The notes beneath the pieces were generated by a model. It saw nothing but the letters and a program-made list of their open reading frames with translations, was not told the DNA's origin and made no database searches. From the IMG/VR virus record IMGVR_UViG_3300009285_002342, positions 51,126-115,125 of that record: a stretch of DNA of 64,000 nucleotides; one strand, 5' to 3'. This DNA is from a virus. The position numbers were made by a program, and so were the translations under genes. Of the stretch, positions 9,975-19,866 are shown piece by piece; position 1 is the stretch's first letter, and the number at the start of each line of letters is the position of its first letter.

Positions 9975-10954
9975 AATGGATAGTTACTTTCTATTTCGGC
10001 AATTTCGTCATCGGCAAGTTCTATTTTTACGGATTTAAGATTGTCTTTTAGATGCTCTAAATTATTTGTAGCTGGAATTGGAAGGACACCTTTCTTGCTT
10101 AAAAGCCAAGATAATGCAATTTGTGGCGATTTGCCTCCCTTTGATTTTGCTATTTTGTCTAAAATTGGTTTGTGTAATTTCTTATATGATTGCCCCAAAG
10201 GGCTATAGGCAATAACCAATATCCCCCTTTCTTGACAATACGGCAATAAAAATTCTTCTATACGCCTATCAATAAGCGAATAACTGACTTGAACGGAACG
10301 TATAACGTCACCAGAAAAATCAGAAAGAAATCTTTGCATTGATTCAATCATATCTACCGAACAATTACTAAGACCTATAGAAAGAATCTTGCCCTTTTTA
10401 CGCAATCCAACTAAAGTTTTACCTAAAACCTCGTCCGAATACTTATCGTTAGGAAAGTGAATTTGCAAATGGCTAACCCTTCCTAACTTTTCTAAAGATC
10501 TTGAAACGGTAGAAGTAAGTGCAGAAGATGACATATGATCCCTTCGAACTTTTGTAGCTACGGGAATTGAAATGTTTTTTAGTGCTTTCCCCAATTCTGT
10601 TTCTACCTTACCGTATCCGTATCCTTCTGCGGTATCTATCAATACAGCGCCGAAATTTACCGCTTCTTCTATAAGACTATAATCATATTTCCAACCATAT
10701 GTCCCGAAACCAATACCGCATTTACATTCGATTTCCATTGGTTTAAAAGAAATATCCTGGTGGTCTAAAAGTTTTTCTAAACGCCTAACCGAATATTGAA
10801 GTAATTCTTTTCTTTTAATCAAAAGCGCAGAAGATAAAGACATATAGCGTAGATTAAGTCCCCACATCGATCCGTGCAAAACATCTGAAGCCCCTGCGCT
10901 TAATTTCTTATCAAAAGAAAAGTTTTTTATTTCGTCAAGTATTTTTAACCACAC
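9971..10954 (-). CDS. Aldo/keto reductase with N-terminal extension
   Basis: IGFGT, IDTAEGYG, ATK, QIHFP, IGLSN, AYSPLG, PIP motifs; D/Y/K/H tetrad present. Confidence 0.9.
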   Translation of the reverse strand: MWLKILDEIKNFSFDKKLSAGASDVLHGSMWGLNLRYMSLSSALLIKRKELLQYSVRRLEKLLDHQDISFKPMEIECKCGIGFGTYGWKYDYSLIEEAVNFGAVLIDTAEGYGYGKVETELGKALKNISIPVATKVRRDHMSSSALTSTVSRSLEKLGRVSHLQIHFPNDKYSDEVLGKTLVGLRKKGKILSIGLSNCSVDMIESMQRFLSDFSGDVIRSVQVSYSLIDRRIEEFLLPYCQERGILVIAYSPLGQSYKKLHKPILDKIAKSKGGKSPQIALSWLLSKKGVLPIPATNNLEHLKDNLKSVKIELADDEIAEIESNYPL

Positions 10955-11664
10955 AATCCAAAACCTTTCAATTTTGCTTTCTTTGGTTTGAATTCTTCAT
11001 GCCCCCTAGAAACAAACAAATCGGAAGGTTGAATATGCGTAATCTTTCCTTTTTCATTTCCATACAAAACCATAGCGGCATTCATAAAAGCGGAAACAGC
11101 TATGAGATTTTTCCCAACAATCGGTTTTGTTTCCTTAGCCAACAATTCGTAGTATTCCTCTTCGGTTTTAACGCCATAATGACGGAGATTCCCGAACTTA
11201 AAACCAAAACAAGTGCTATCGGCTATTATAACCCATTTTGCTGTTTTCGCTACTCTTGACAATACTTCGCTATGTCCAGGCAACTTACGCAAAGTAAAGG
11301 CGTCAAAATCCAAAATTAGAATGTCCGATTCCGGCGGCGTCCAAGAATAAACATCGTTATTCAATACAGTGTGGTTTGGAAAATTACTTTTCAAAAAACC
11401 ACAACAATTTTCGTCCTTATCGTTAATAATCAATTCACAATCAGTCCATCTTGTTAACGAAACAGCGCACCAAAAACCAGATCTAGCTATAGCGTCTACG
11501 ATTTTTGGTTTCTTTCCACAATTTATTACAGACAAAACTGCATCAAGCGTTCTACAAGTTTCCGCTACATCACGGTACGGAACAACTTGGCTAGGTGTCC
11601 TTATCTTTCTTTCTGTCCCTGATTCGGGAATGTCAAGTTTTATTTTTCCTACGGAATAAATCAT
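10945..11664 (-). CDS. Possible SAM-dependent methyltransferase-fold protein
   Basis: IVDAIARSG, LIINDKD, NNDVY and DILILDF match the Rossmann MTase strand pattern (degenerate). Confidence 0.4.
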   Translation of the reverse strand: MIYSVGKIKLDIPESGTERKIRTPSQVVPYRDVAETCRTLDAVLSVINCGKKPKIVDAIARSGFWCAVSLTRWTDCELIINDKDENCCGFLKSNFPNHTVLNNDVYSWTPPESDILILDFDAFTLRKLPGHSEVLSRVAKTAKWVIIADSTCFGFKFGNLRHYGVKTEEEYYELLAKETKPIVGKNLIAVSAFMNAAMVLYGNEKGKITHIQPSDLFVSRGHEEFKPKKAKLKGFGLCG

Positions 11665-12731
11665 AGCCCACTATCCTTCATTGTGTAATGATTTTTTGAT
11701 TTACCGCACATAATCAATTCTGCGTTTTTTAAATCTTCTTTTGTCCCAATTCCTTCCCAGGTAGTTTCTAAAATAGTTTTTCTATCTAAACCTTCTTGCA
11801 GCAATTTTCTCCAATTGTGAGTGTTAAATTTGAAAGCATTTTTTATGTCTATTCCGCAACAAGTGTTAAGATTAGATACCCAATTTTTCGGAAGGTTGAC
11901 AAAATCCGGACATCCAAGATTTATATTTTCCTTGTCTGCAATTTCGCACAATTCCTTCTGAACAGGTTTCCATTTTTTATCCTGATTAGCGTCCCATATT
12001 TTTTCAATATCTAAACCTATATCCAAAAGACGTTTTGCAGTATAAGGATTCAAATGTAAATTGTAGATATTGTAAGACATAAAACCATAAGACTTGATAA
12101 GTTTAAGAATATCTTTAAATTGCGAAACAGTATGATACCCAGGAATAAAAGGTTCCCCCCTTATTCCAACATTTAACCCCAATCTCAACCATTCTTTTCC
12201 TATCATTAAACGATCTTTAATCGGAGAGGTTCTTTTCCTTTCGAATATTTCCCAATCAGATTCACAGCCAGCAGTTATTTCGATTAAAAAACAGAAGCAA
12301 TCTTTTTTTGTCTTAACAAATAAACCCGTATCCCTTAAAGCATTAGAAATGTATCTTGAACAAATTACGAAAGGCCAAGATAAATCTATCAGAACCTTAA
12401 CGCTGTTTCTAGTTACTTTGTGCTGATTTTCTATCGATTGATAAGGATCAGCTTTCCTTCCTAAAAATATTGCCTTTTTCTTTTTTAACGCAATAGCTAA
12501 GGGAGATTTTGGATCTTTTGATCTTTGAGAATCTGTTAATTTTTTACAGATTTGTTCTGGATTTGCTATCCGTTGTTCTTCGCCCCAAATCTTGTTAAGG
12601 TTTCTGCCTAAGCAGTGAAAACAATCTGCTTCACAAGCCCAATAAGATTCAAGAGTCAACGGAAGTGGACAATTTAGATGGGTTTTTCTAATACAGAAAG
12701 GATTTTTATATTCTTTCAAGTTATTCACCAA
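11661..12731 (-). CDS. Radical SAM protein, paralog 2
   Basis: CPLPLTLESYWACEADCFHC, ADPYQ.IE....VTR, RGEPFIPG, CCG. Confidence 0.85.
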   Translation of the reverse strand: MVNNLKEYKNPFCIRKTHLNCPLPLTLESYWACEADCFHCLGRNLNKIWGEEQRIANPEQICKKLTDSQRSKDPKSPLAIALKKKKAIFLGRKADPYQSIENQHKVTRNSVKVLIDLSWPFVICSRYISNALRDTGLFVKTKKDCFCFLIEITAGCESDWEIFERKRTSPIKDRLMIGKEWLRLGLNVGIRGEPFIPGYHTVSQFKDILKLIKSYGFMSYNIYNLHLNPYTAKRLLDIGLDIEKIWDANQDKKWKPVQKELCEIADKENINLGCPDFVNLPKNWVSNLNTCCGIDIKNAFKFNTHNWRKLLQEGLDRKTILETTWEGIGTKEDLKNAELIMCGKSKNHYTMKDSGL

Positions 12732-12736
12732 GAATT

Positions 12737-12772
12737 AATTAGGGACTCGGTGAATTTTCCGAGTCCCTAATT
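12737..12772 (-). terminator. Perfect 14-bp hairpin, probable terminator
   Basis: AATTAGGGACTCGG-N8-CCGAGTCCCTAATT. Confidence 0.65.
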
Positions 12773-12786
12773 TCAGAAGGGATTTG

Positions 12787-13461
12787 TTAGACAGGGGCTA
12801 CAGTCTTGGGATCAATCTTGGATACCTTACCGAATCCTATTGCACAAGGCATCATTACATCGACAAGATGTTTCGACTGTTTAAGGTTATCCTTACCGCC
12901 GCCAGAAACATAATCGTTATTGGCGAGTTCGGCCAAATCATCAATGGAAATTTGACACTTGAGATTATTGACGACATCAATGAACGATTCGGTTCTTGTC
13001 TTCTTGGAAGACGTTGCCTTCGGTGCTTTCGGTTCCTTCGGCGGCTTAGGCGGTTTTTCAGCCTTTGCCAGTTTTTCTACCTTTTCGGTTTTCGCGGGTC
13101 TACCACGTTTTCCCTTTTGAACAGGCGGATCTTTCGGAAGCTTCTCTCTGGCCAAAAGGATTGCTGTCTTTGCATCGTCCAGTCCCAACTCCCCGAGCAG
13201 CTCAACGGTTTCGTCGCTCAGATTCGCATCCCCCGGCGTCTTCTCCGGATCGATTAGTTCCGCTGCTTCCGTAACCAAAGCGGTCAACTTCTCGATCAGC
13301 GCATCTTCGCCTTCCGCCTCTGCCTTCGCGATTGCTTCCTTTCGCGCCTTTCCCTTTACCCCGTCCTCTACCAAACACCCGTAGGTAATGTCGATAGGCG
13401 GTTTAAGAACAAGAATCCGATTCATGTCCTCTGCGGCGTTTTGCAATACTTTAAGTTCCAT
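12787..13461 (-). CDS. Hypothetical protein with Lys/Pro/Ala-rich linker (AT-hook-like KRGRP)
   Basis: Has its own promoter, strong SD (AGGAGG) and terminator. Confidence 0.55.
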   Translation of the reverse strand: MELKVLQNAAEDMNRILVLKPPIDITYGCLVEDGVKGKARKEAIAKAEAEGEDALIEKLTALVTEAAELIDPEKTPGDANLSDETVELLGELGLDDAKTAILLAREKLPKDPPVQKGKRGRPAKTEKVEKLAKAEKPPKPPKEPKAPKATSSKKTRTESFIDVVNNLKCQISIDDLAELANNDYVSGGGKDNLKQSKHLVDVMMPCAIGFGKVSKIDPKTVAPV

Positions 13462-13523
13462 ACCGTTTCCTCCTTTTTCCGTTAAAGTTTTTTATCGGTA
13501 AAAAATTTACCCTATCCAATGAT

Positions 13524-13552
13524 ATTATAACGAAAAAATTAAATATTTTAAA
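13524..13552 (-). promoter_or_regulatory. Sigma70-like promoter TTTAAA-17-TATAAT
   Basis: Same architecture as 63869-63897. Confidence 0.5.
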
Positions 13553-13609
13553 GGCGCACGGCGATTTTTTTATAAAAAAATTAAATAAAAAATTCCGGGA
13601 GGTTACGCC

Positions 13610-14415
13610 TTATTTTCCCCAATGCTTGCTTTCAACCCCCCCAATAATATCAAATCCTTCCTTCGTATTATAAACTCCCTTCGCATCATACCAATTTTGC
13701 AAAAATTCTTCAAACGTATTTTCTATCGCCCTACCTTTTAATTTCCCGTTCCAAAGTTCTAACATTGCTCTTTCAAACGCTCTGTAAATTCCGGGCCATC
13801 TATCCATATGTTTTTTAATAACTTTGGGTCTTCCACATATAAACGGACAAACAACACAACCAACTCTATCGAAACCCTGATCGTAAAGTTCGCAATAAGG
13901 TAAATTATATTTTTCAATATATTCCCAAATTGCCCATTCTCCCCAATTAAAAATTGGTTTATATAGAGTCTGTTTTTTAAAATACCGGTCTATTCTTGGT
14001 CTATTCGCTCTTTTGGCAGATTCTTCTTTTCTAATACCCATCAATCTTCTCTCAAGAGAAACCTCTTTAGTTGGTTTTTTCTTTAACTCGTCACAACACC
14101 ACCTTGAAAACTTTGTAGGAAATCCTCTTATCGGAATCAATTCATAAAATGATTTTTCAGGTTTTTCCATATTACATCGGAATGATTCCTTTTTATAAAC
14201 TTTACAACTTCCGGCGGATCTATTCCGGTAACGGAATAATAAGTCTGAAATTTTACGCCTGAACGTTTAGTTAAATCTTTTAAGACGCAAGAATCCTTTC
14301 CACCGGAAAATCCTAAAAAATAACCTTCCAGAGGTTCATTTTTTTGGATAAAGGTTATCGCTTCCTCTTCGTATTTTTCCAGAAAATCTATAAACCCTTT
14401 AGTTGTTTTTCTCAT
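13610..14415 (-). pseudogene. PAPS-reductase-family protein split by a frameshift
   Basis: 14137-14415 has FSGGKDS. 13610-14170 has RWCC..LKK, GIRKEES.KR and RVGCVVCP. A one-base shift near 14165 (ATATGGAAAAAC) joins them. Confidence 0.8.
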
Positions 14416-15989
14416 TACGCTTCCTTTTTAGCGGTCATTAGGTAACTGTCTAAATATGGCCTTCCGGTACGCAAAGACTGTAAGATCATAATTTCCGAAG
14501 AAGATACGGTTTCGCCGTGTCGCCGTTTAGAAATCGAAGCCCGAATTATTCCGGCGTCTTTTTCCCAAGAAGACTGATTAAAAGAAGCCCCATCGTCTAA
14601 TTCGTGAATCTTATCTATCGCTTCCCCCCACGTTCCTCTTCCTACCTGTTTTCCGCTACGCATTGTATTAGATTGCGAAGCGGAAGCCACTAAGCAGTTT
14701 AATTCTTGCGCTACTGCTTTATGTTCCCTCCATATCTTTCCGATAGAAACCCTAGGGTCTTTCGGAATTGCCCATTTGAATTTATCCGCATAATCCGTTA
14801 CGATTAATCCCGGTACTATCCCTTCGTAGTAAACCAGATTCTTTACCGCAGCTACCATATCTTCGGTTGTATATTTCCCGTTCGGAAATTCGATTAAACA
14901 GAACTTACCGGCTTTACGTAGCATCCCGCTTCGATCCAATACCGCTTGTTTCCGTAAGGCTACGTTCGGATCTAATAAACCTGGATCTTCGGTTTCCGTC
15001 CACCACGCAGTCGGTTCGAATTCATTCCTGCCTTTACAGGCTGTGCAAACTTTATATCCCCTAGGCATATCTTTAAAAGACGGACGAAGTTTGTCTTTAA
15101 GTAACGCTACGCCACATCCATTCGCACACGTCCCGAGTTGATTTTTCTTACAATCCCAAATCGGTATTAAAAGTTTACCGTGTCTTTCGATAGGCGCGGA
15201 AGTAAGGGATTGCCATATTCTTTTTACCATCTTCTTCGTAGACATTTCCATAGAAAAGAATACAACGTTGTGCCCCGAGAAGACGGCTAACTGCGCCATA
15301 TACGTTAACCACCAAGTCTTTCCTACTCCGGATTCGGCTTGTACCGCGAAAAGGAAACCCCTTTCTAACGGCCCTAAAGCATTTCCTAAAGCACCCGGAA
15401 GCCTCATAATAATATCCGGATTTTCGTCTTCCGGCGTTAAGGATTCTACAATACAATCAATATCCCGTAAAGGATCTACGGAAAGGATTAACGGCTTCGC
15501 TGGTTTCTCGTATTCTTTAACGCAGTTTTCCCCTTCGTCCAACTTCCCGGCAATAATCGCTGCGGTAAGTTTATCGCGAAGGTTCTTTAGACCGGCAGCT
15601 CGGAAGTGTTTTTCTGCTTCTGATATTATGTAATCCACATTAAAGGTTTCCGAAAGTTCGTATTCATCCGAAATCGAAGCTAAAAAATCCTCTAATAATT
15701 CCGCGTCTTCTTCGGGAACAGAAGCTTTGTGCGTAAGGTAGATATCTTCAATATGTCTAACCGGCGCTTTATTGAACTTTTCGAAATACTCTAAGCACCA
15801 TTGCGCTATTTTCCGTGCATAGTTAGACTGAAAATATTCCAGTTTACAAAGTGGTTTTACGCCTTTCGCGAATCGGTCAGAAGTTACTAAGCCGATACAA
15901 ATCATTCTTTCGATTTTCGCGTCTACTTCGGTCGGCCTGCGCCGGATACCCGTACCGTCCGGACCGGCTAAAATCATCGCTCCGCTCAT
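14415..15989 (-). CDS. DnaB-like replicative helicase with Cys-rich insertion
   Basis: AESGVGKT, FFSMEM, IVTDYAD, SASQSN. Confidence 0.85.
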   Translation of the reverse strand: MSGAMILAGPDGTGIRRRPTEVDAKIERMICIGLVTSDRFAKGVKPLCKLEYFQSNYARKIAQWCLEYFEKFNKAPVRHIEDIYLTHKASVPEEDAELLEDFLASISDEYELSETFNVDYIISEAEKHFRAAGLKNLRDKLTAAIIAGKLDEGENCVKEYEKPAKPLILSVDPLRDIDCIVESLTPEDENPDIIMRLPGALGNALGPLERGFLFAVQAESGVGKTWWLTYMAQLAVFSGHNVVFFSMEMSTKKMVKRIWQSLTSAPIERHGKLLIPIWDCKKNQLGTCANGCGVALLKDKLRPSFKDMPRGYKVCTACKGRNEFEPTAWWTETEDPGLLDPNVALRKQAVLDRSGMLRKAGKFCLIEFPNGKYTTEDMVAAVKNLVYYEGIVPGLIVTDYADKFKWAIPKDPRVSIGKIWREHKAVAQELNCLVASASQSNTMRSGKQVGRGTWGEAIDKIHELDDGASFNQSSWEKDAGIIRASISKRRHGETVSSSEIMILQSLRTGRPYLDSYLMTAKKEA

Positions 15990-16023
15990 ATATGGGAAAC
16001 TTTCTTTAAAGGTTTCTGCATCC

Positions 16024-16293
16024 TTATCCCCTTTCGAATCTTCGTTTTTTCGGTAGAAGCGAACAACCTTTATCGCACTCTAAGGAAATCCAAGATTGCG
16101 CTACTGACCAAGTATAATTAACCAAAGCACCGCAAAGCGGACATTTATCCTGTCCTTGAATATAGTCCGCAGTATTATCTCGGAAATGTTTAAGTTTACG
16201 GGAAAGAAAAGTCGGTATAGATTCCGTTTGTACTGCGGACTTTTTGAGTAAGCCGAATCCGGTCATAGTTATTTTCCTACGAAGAAAATACAT
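16024..16293 (-). CDS. Small Zn-finger protein
   Basis: CPLC..C..GC; likely start at MTGFGLL. Confidence 0.5.
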   Translation of the reverse strand: MYFLRRKITMTGFGLLKKSAVQTESIPTFLSRKLKHFRDNTADYIQGQDKCPLCGALVNYTWSVAQSWISLECDKGCSLLPKKRRFERG

Positions 16294-16514
16294 TTTTGCG
16301 GATAAAGCCCGTCTTCGCTCATCGGAATCATCTTATGAAGAACGGAACCTTTCTTATTCGCTTCTTCATAGTTCCAAAGCATATGCGCCGTTAGACAGGG
16401 GCAACAGAAGTCTTCAAGGTTATGAACACATTTATCACAATATATTTCTTCGTAACGCATACCGATTGTACCATTAGCAAAATAAGCCATTGTTATTTCT
16501 CCTTTTCCCACCAT
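16269..16514 (-). CDS. Small Cys-rich phage protein
   Basis: AYFANGT.G..Y...YCDKCVH pattern. Confidence 0.5.
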   Translation of the reverse strand: MVGKGEITMAYFANGTIGMRYEEIYCDKCVHNLEDFCCPCLTAHMLWNYEEANKKGSVLHKMIPMSEDGLYPQKCIFFVGK

Positions 16515-16708
16515 CTATTTCTATTCGGAAGACAACCAGAGTTAATATAAAGAACGGCATCGTATAAAGCGTCCCGATATCCACCGTTATATCCTTCGCC
16601 GGATAAACCACGAGAATATAAATCACCGCCTCTAATAGATTTTGAAATATCTTCTTGTACATTTTCTGCTACTTTGGAAAGTTTGCAGACGATTTGTTTT
16701 TTAGTCAT
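16493..16708 (-). CDS. Hypothetical protein
   Basis: Overlaps both neighbours in the operon. Confidence 0.45.
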   Translation of the reverse strand: MTKKQIVCKLSKVAENVQEDISKSIRGGDLYSRGLSGEGYNGGYRDALYDAVLYINSGCLPNRNRWWEKEK

Positions 16709-18263
16709 CGTATTCCCTTCCTTTTATGCAACCTGGACATCGAAAAGATAAATTTTCAACAAATTCTCTAAAATAGTTATTATCCATTCCTATCATCCAA
16801 TACTCTAATTCTTGCGGAATTGTTCTAGGCCCGGTAAAGTTATTACCTGTTGGATCTTTTCCTAAAATCCAAAAAGCGTACATCCTTAAAACTATTTCGG
16901 AGTCTTGAAATGTATTACTGGCGAAGTAACTTTTATAGTTGATATTTTCTTCAAACCAATTCATTATTTCGGAAATATTTTTTTGATATGCTTTCCATTG
17001 ACCGTTAAGTAAATCTTCGGAAGGCAAAAAACCTTTCTCTATTAAAAATTCTGTAATCTTTGGAAACTTATCGGGAGTCTTTTCTATTTGAAGTGGTTTA
17101 GGTGGATTGTAATAACACATGACAAAAAAACTTGTTTTCCTTAATGGATTGTATAAAAGATCAGAAAGTTTTGTCGGAAGGTTTTCTTTTTTTACAGGCC
17201 AATTACCATGGATATACATTTGTGTTACCGGACCTTCTATTGTTTTAATTATTTCTCTAAAAGTCCATTTCTTTTCAGAAAATAATTTAAAGTCTATTTT
17301 ATGTTTATCTAGAAAATCATGGTTCCAATTTCTAACGGAAGGTGAACCAAAAATTCCGTTTTTCATTTCTCTTAATATTGTTGCTGTTTTTTTAATTGTA
17401 TCTGTATTTAATTTTGAATGCTTTCCCGCAGGATGCGGAAGTTTGTTCCATGCATTTAAAACTGCATATTCGCCTGTACCTATTTTGATCCAATCATTTT
17501 GGTTGCTATTTTTTTTATGTATTTTTTTATCTTCTTCTTGAGAAATATTACCTCGAATAAAACTAGGTTTTTTTTCATCTGGTTTCGCTACGGTTTTTTC
17601 CGTAGCGTTACCTTCGTAAGAAGGTTCTTTTTCTTTATGAATTTCTATATCCTTATTCTCTTCCCGTTTCCGAGAAGGGGGGTTCCCGTTTCCGAGAAGG
17701 GGGGTTCCCGTTTCCGAGAAGGGGGTAGCGTCATCTTTTATCTTTTTTAATTTATTGTAAAGTTCTAAATCTATCCAATCCGGTTTAGTTTTACCTAATC
17801 CTAGATCAACATCGGTAATTTTTAATTTATATGTTTTTATAATTTTTATTACTGATTTTTTTAAAAAAATATCTAGATCTTCATTATTTTCTGGTTCTTT
17901 AGAATAATCATGAAAATCCCTAACCATATCTTCGTATAGGACACTATATCCTTTTTTATTCTCAAAAATTCTTCTTTCTTTAGAACTATCAGTTAAAGTT
18001 TTTTCTTGTATTTTAATATATCCGAAACGTTCTAAAGAATTAATCATCTCGGATATTTTGCTCTTACTTCTATTAATTAAATTGCCAAGCGTCCTATTAG
18101 TTGCCCAACACCCTCTAGTGGTTTTTGAAAGATTTCTAATAATACCAAACAAGTTTTTTTGGACGTGAGAGATGAAAGGATTGAAGAAAATTTCGCCGGG
18201 GATTAATACTGAAGGGATTCCGTATTGTAGTTCTGTTTCTTTGGATTTAGTTTCTTCAGACAT
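16701..18263 (-). CDS. Replication initiator (N-terminal winged HTH, lambda O-like architecture)
   Basis: GCWATNRTLG.LI.RS...IS.MI..LE..GYI HTH; internal iterons; upstream of the DnaB-like gene. Confidence 0.7.
   Translation of the reverse strand: MSEETKSKETELQYGIPSVLIPGEIFFNPFISHVQKNLFGIIRNLSKTTRGCWATNRTLGNLINRSKSKISEMINSLERFGYIKIQEKTLTDSSKERRIFENKKGYSVLYEDMVRDFHDYSKEPENNEDLDIFLKKSVIKIIKTYKLKITDVDLGLGKTKPDWIDLELYNKLKKIKDDATPFSETGTPLLGNGNPPSRKREENKDIEIHKEKEPSYEGNATEKTVAKPDEKKPSFIRGNISQEEDKKIHKKNSNQNDWIKIGTGEYAVLNAWNKLPHPAGKHSKLNTDTIKKTATILREMKNGIFGSPSVRNWNHDFLDKHKIDFKLFSEKKWTFREIIKTIEGPVTQMYIHGNWPVKKENLPTKLSDLLYNPLRKTSFFVMCYYNPPKPLQIEKTPDKFPKITEFLIEKGFLPSEDLLNGQWKAYQKNISEIMNWFEENINYKSYFASNTFQDSEIVLRMYAFWILGKDPTGNNFTGPRTIPQELEYWMIGMDNNYFREFVENLSFRCPGCIKGREYDD
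17661..17725 (+). repeat. 3 x 22-bp tandem iterons (putative origin)
   Basis: TTCCCGTTTCCGAGAAGGGGGG x3 (third copy lacks the last G) inside the initiator gene, flanked by AT-rich DNA. Confidence 0.85.
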
Positions 18264-18603
18264 TTTTCCGTTATCCTCCGTAATTTTATAATGGAGGCCG
18301 GAAAAACTGGTGGAGTGTTTCCGTGCAATCCTTCAACCTCCTGCTATAAGGTCAAAAGTTAGGGGGAGATAGCAGCTCCCCCTCTAGTTGAAACGCCTTC
18401 ACGGATGATCAGTCCGCGAAGAAAAAGAAGGGAAATCTTCCGTTTCCGGAATTATCTATAAATACTACGGGAAAAATAAAAAGTAAAGAAAAATCTTTTC
18501 TAATTACTTCCGATAGTTACCGTTTAGAACGGAATTTAGAAGTATGCAGTCAGAATAAAAAGAATTCCGATAAGTCCTAATAGGAATACCTTCCATCTTT
18601 CCG

Positions 18604-18864
18604 TTATTCCTCCAATATTTGAACGGAAACAATTTTAACTATCGTTTTTCTTTTTTCTATTGTGTCAAGAATTTTTAATATTCTATCTCCAATAGGGTTG
18701 GGATCAAAGTTTTCAACGTTTATCCCGTAAGTTTTTAGAACTCTTTCTATAGTAGAACAAATTCCAGATTTCCCAGAACCCGCAGAACCGGTAACGGTAA
18801 TGATTATCTCGTTTTTATTTTTCATTATTCTTTTCCTTTCTAAAGAATTTTCCGCACGTTCCAC
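18604..18864 (-). CDS. Small P-loop-containing phage protein
   Basis: ITVTGSAGSGKS. Confidence 0.45.
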   Translation of the reverse strand: MERAENSLERKRIMKNKNEIIITVTGSAGSGKSGICSTIERVLKTYGINVENFDPNPIGDRILKILDTIEKRKTIVKIVSVQILEE

Positions 18865-19866
18865 ACTTCGGCGTTAAAGTCCGATAACCGCTATGTATTG
18901 GGCACTTTTCGTTTGGTTCGTCCGCTAAAGCGTAACAAGTACAATAAATCGTTTCTTTGCAAATATGGTTTTTCATTATCCTCCCAATGCTTTTTCGCAA
19001 AGTTCTACGATTTTATTAGCCGCGACTTTTCGTTCTAATAAATTACCGGAACACCAATCTCGATAATAAGATATCTGACAAGGAAGTTGATCGTAGCTAT
19101 TTTGAAGAGAATATACGCAATTTTCCGGCTCTGGTTGTTTAGGCCATACTAAGGGGCAAAATTCTAAACATCGATCTTTTCTTGGAAATTCTTCTGTCTT
19201 TTGATACAGATATTCACAGCAAGGACAATAACTTAAATAGTTTTCTGATTCTTTTATTAAAGATTTGTAAACACTACCTGTTTCCGCCAATTCCGCCCAA
19301 ATTCTTTTTGTTTCTTCTAACGCCTTTGTTTTTGTAAGTTTCATATTTCCGCCCTTTCTGGATGAATTGAATGTTCGGTTTCGAAGAAGGAAAAACCCTC
19401 CGCTATATCCAAACAGTTACTGCAATATTTACGGCAAATTCCTCTCCCGGTCCATTTAAATTTCAAGTAGTGGAATTTGCCGCACCTCGGGCAAAGGCAC
19501 TTTACCGAACCCTTACCTTTCTTGCTCATTGCCGTTTTCCTTTAAACGATTGATTTCTTTCAGAAGAACTCGTAGAATATCTTCGAATTCAAGATTTGAT
19601 CCACAAGGGCATATCATATCTTCGTGAAAACGGTATCCTATCTCTAAAAGAAGCAACGTACAGTCCATGTGAAACCATTGACAATCACAAAAATCGCCAT
19701 TGAAATTTTCTATTAATTCATCGTATTCATTTATGTGAGAATGATTTTTACATAAATTAAGTTCCTGTTCTATTTCTCTAGGACAAGTTCTAAAACTATT
19801 TGAACATTTCCCGTCCAGCCTTTCTACCAGCGTTTCCAGAATTTTTAACCTTAATGAATTTTTCAT
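18815..19866 (-). other. Four small Cys-rich hypothetical ORFs (18815-19000, 18976-19344, 19341-19529, 19513-19866)
   Basis: Overlapping start/stop codons; CxxC motifs. Confidence 0.55.

Noticed and set aside
13610-14415. Dnd/Ssp phosphorothioation system
   Set aside because: Only a PAPS-reductase-family gene is present; no DndD/E, SspB/C or desulfurase.
17661-17725. CRISPR array
   Set aside because: The repeats are contiguous with no spacers, lie inside a CDS, and there are no cas genes; they fit iterons.
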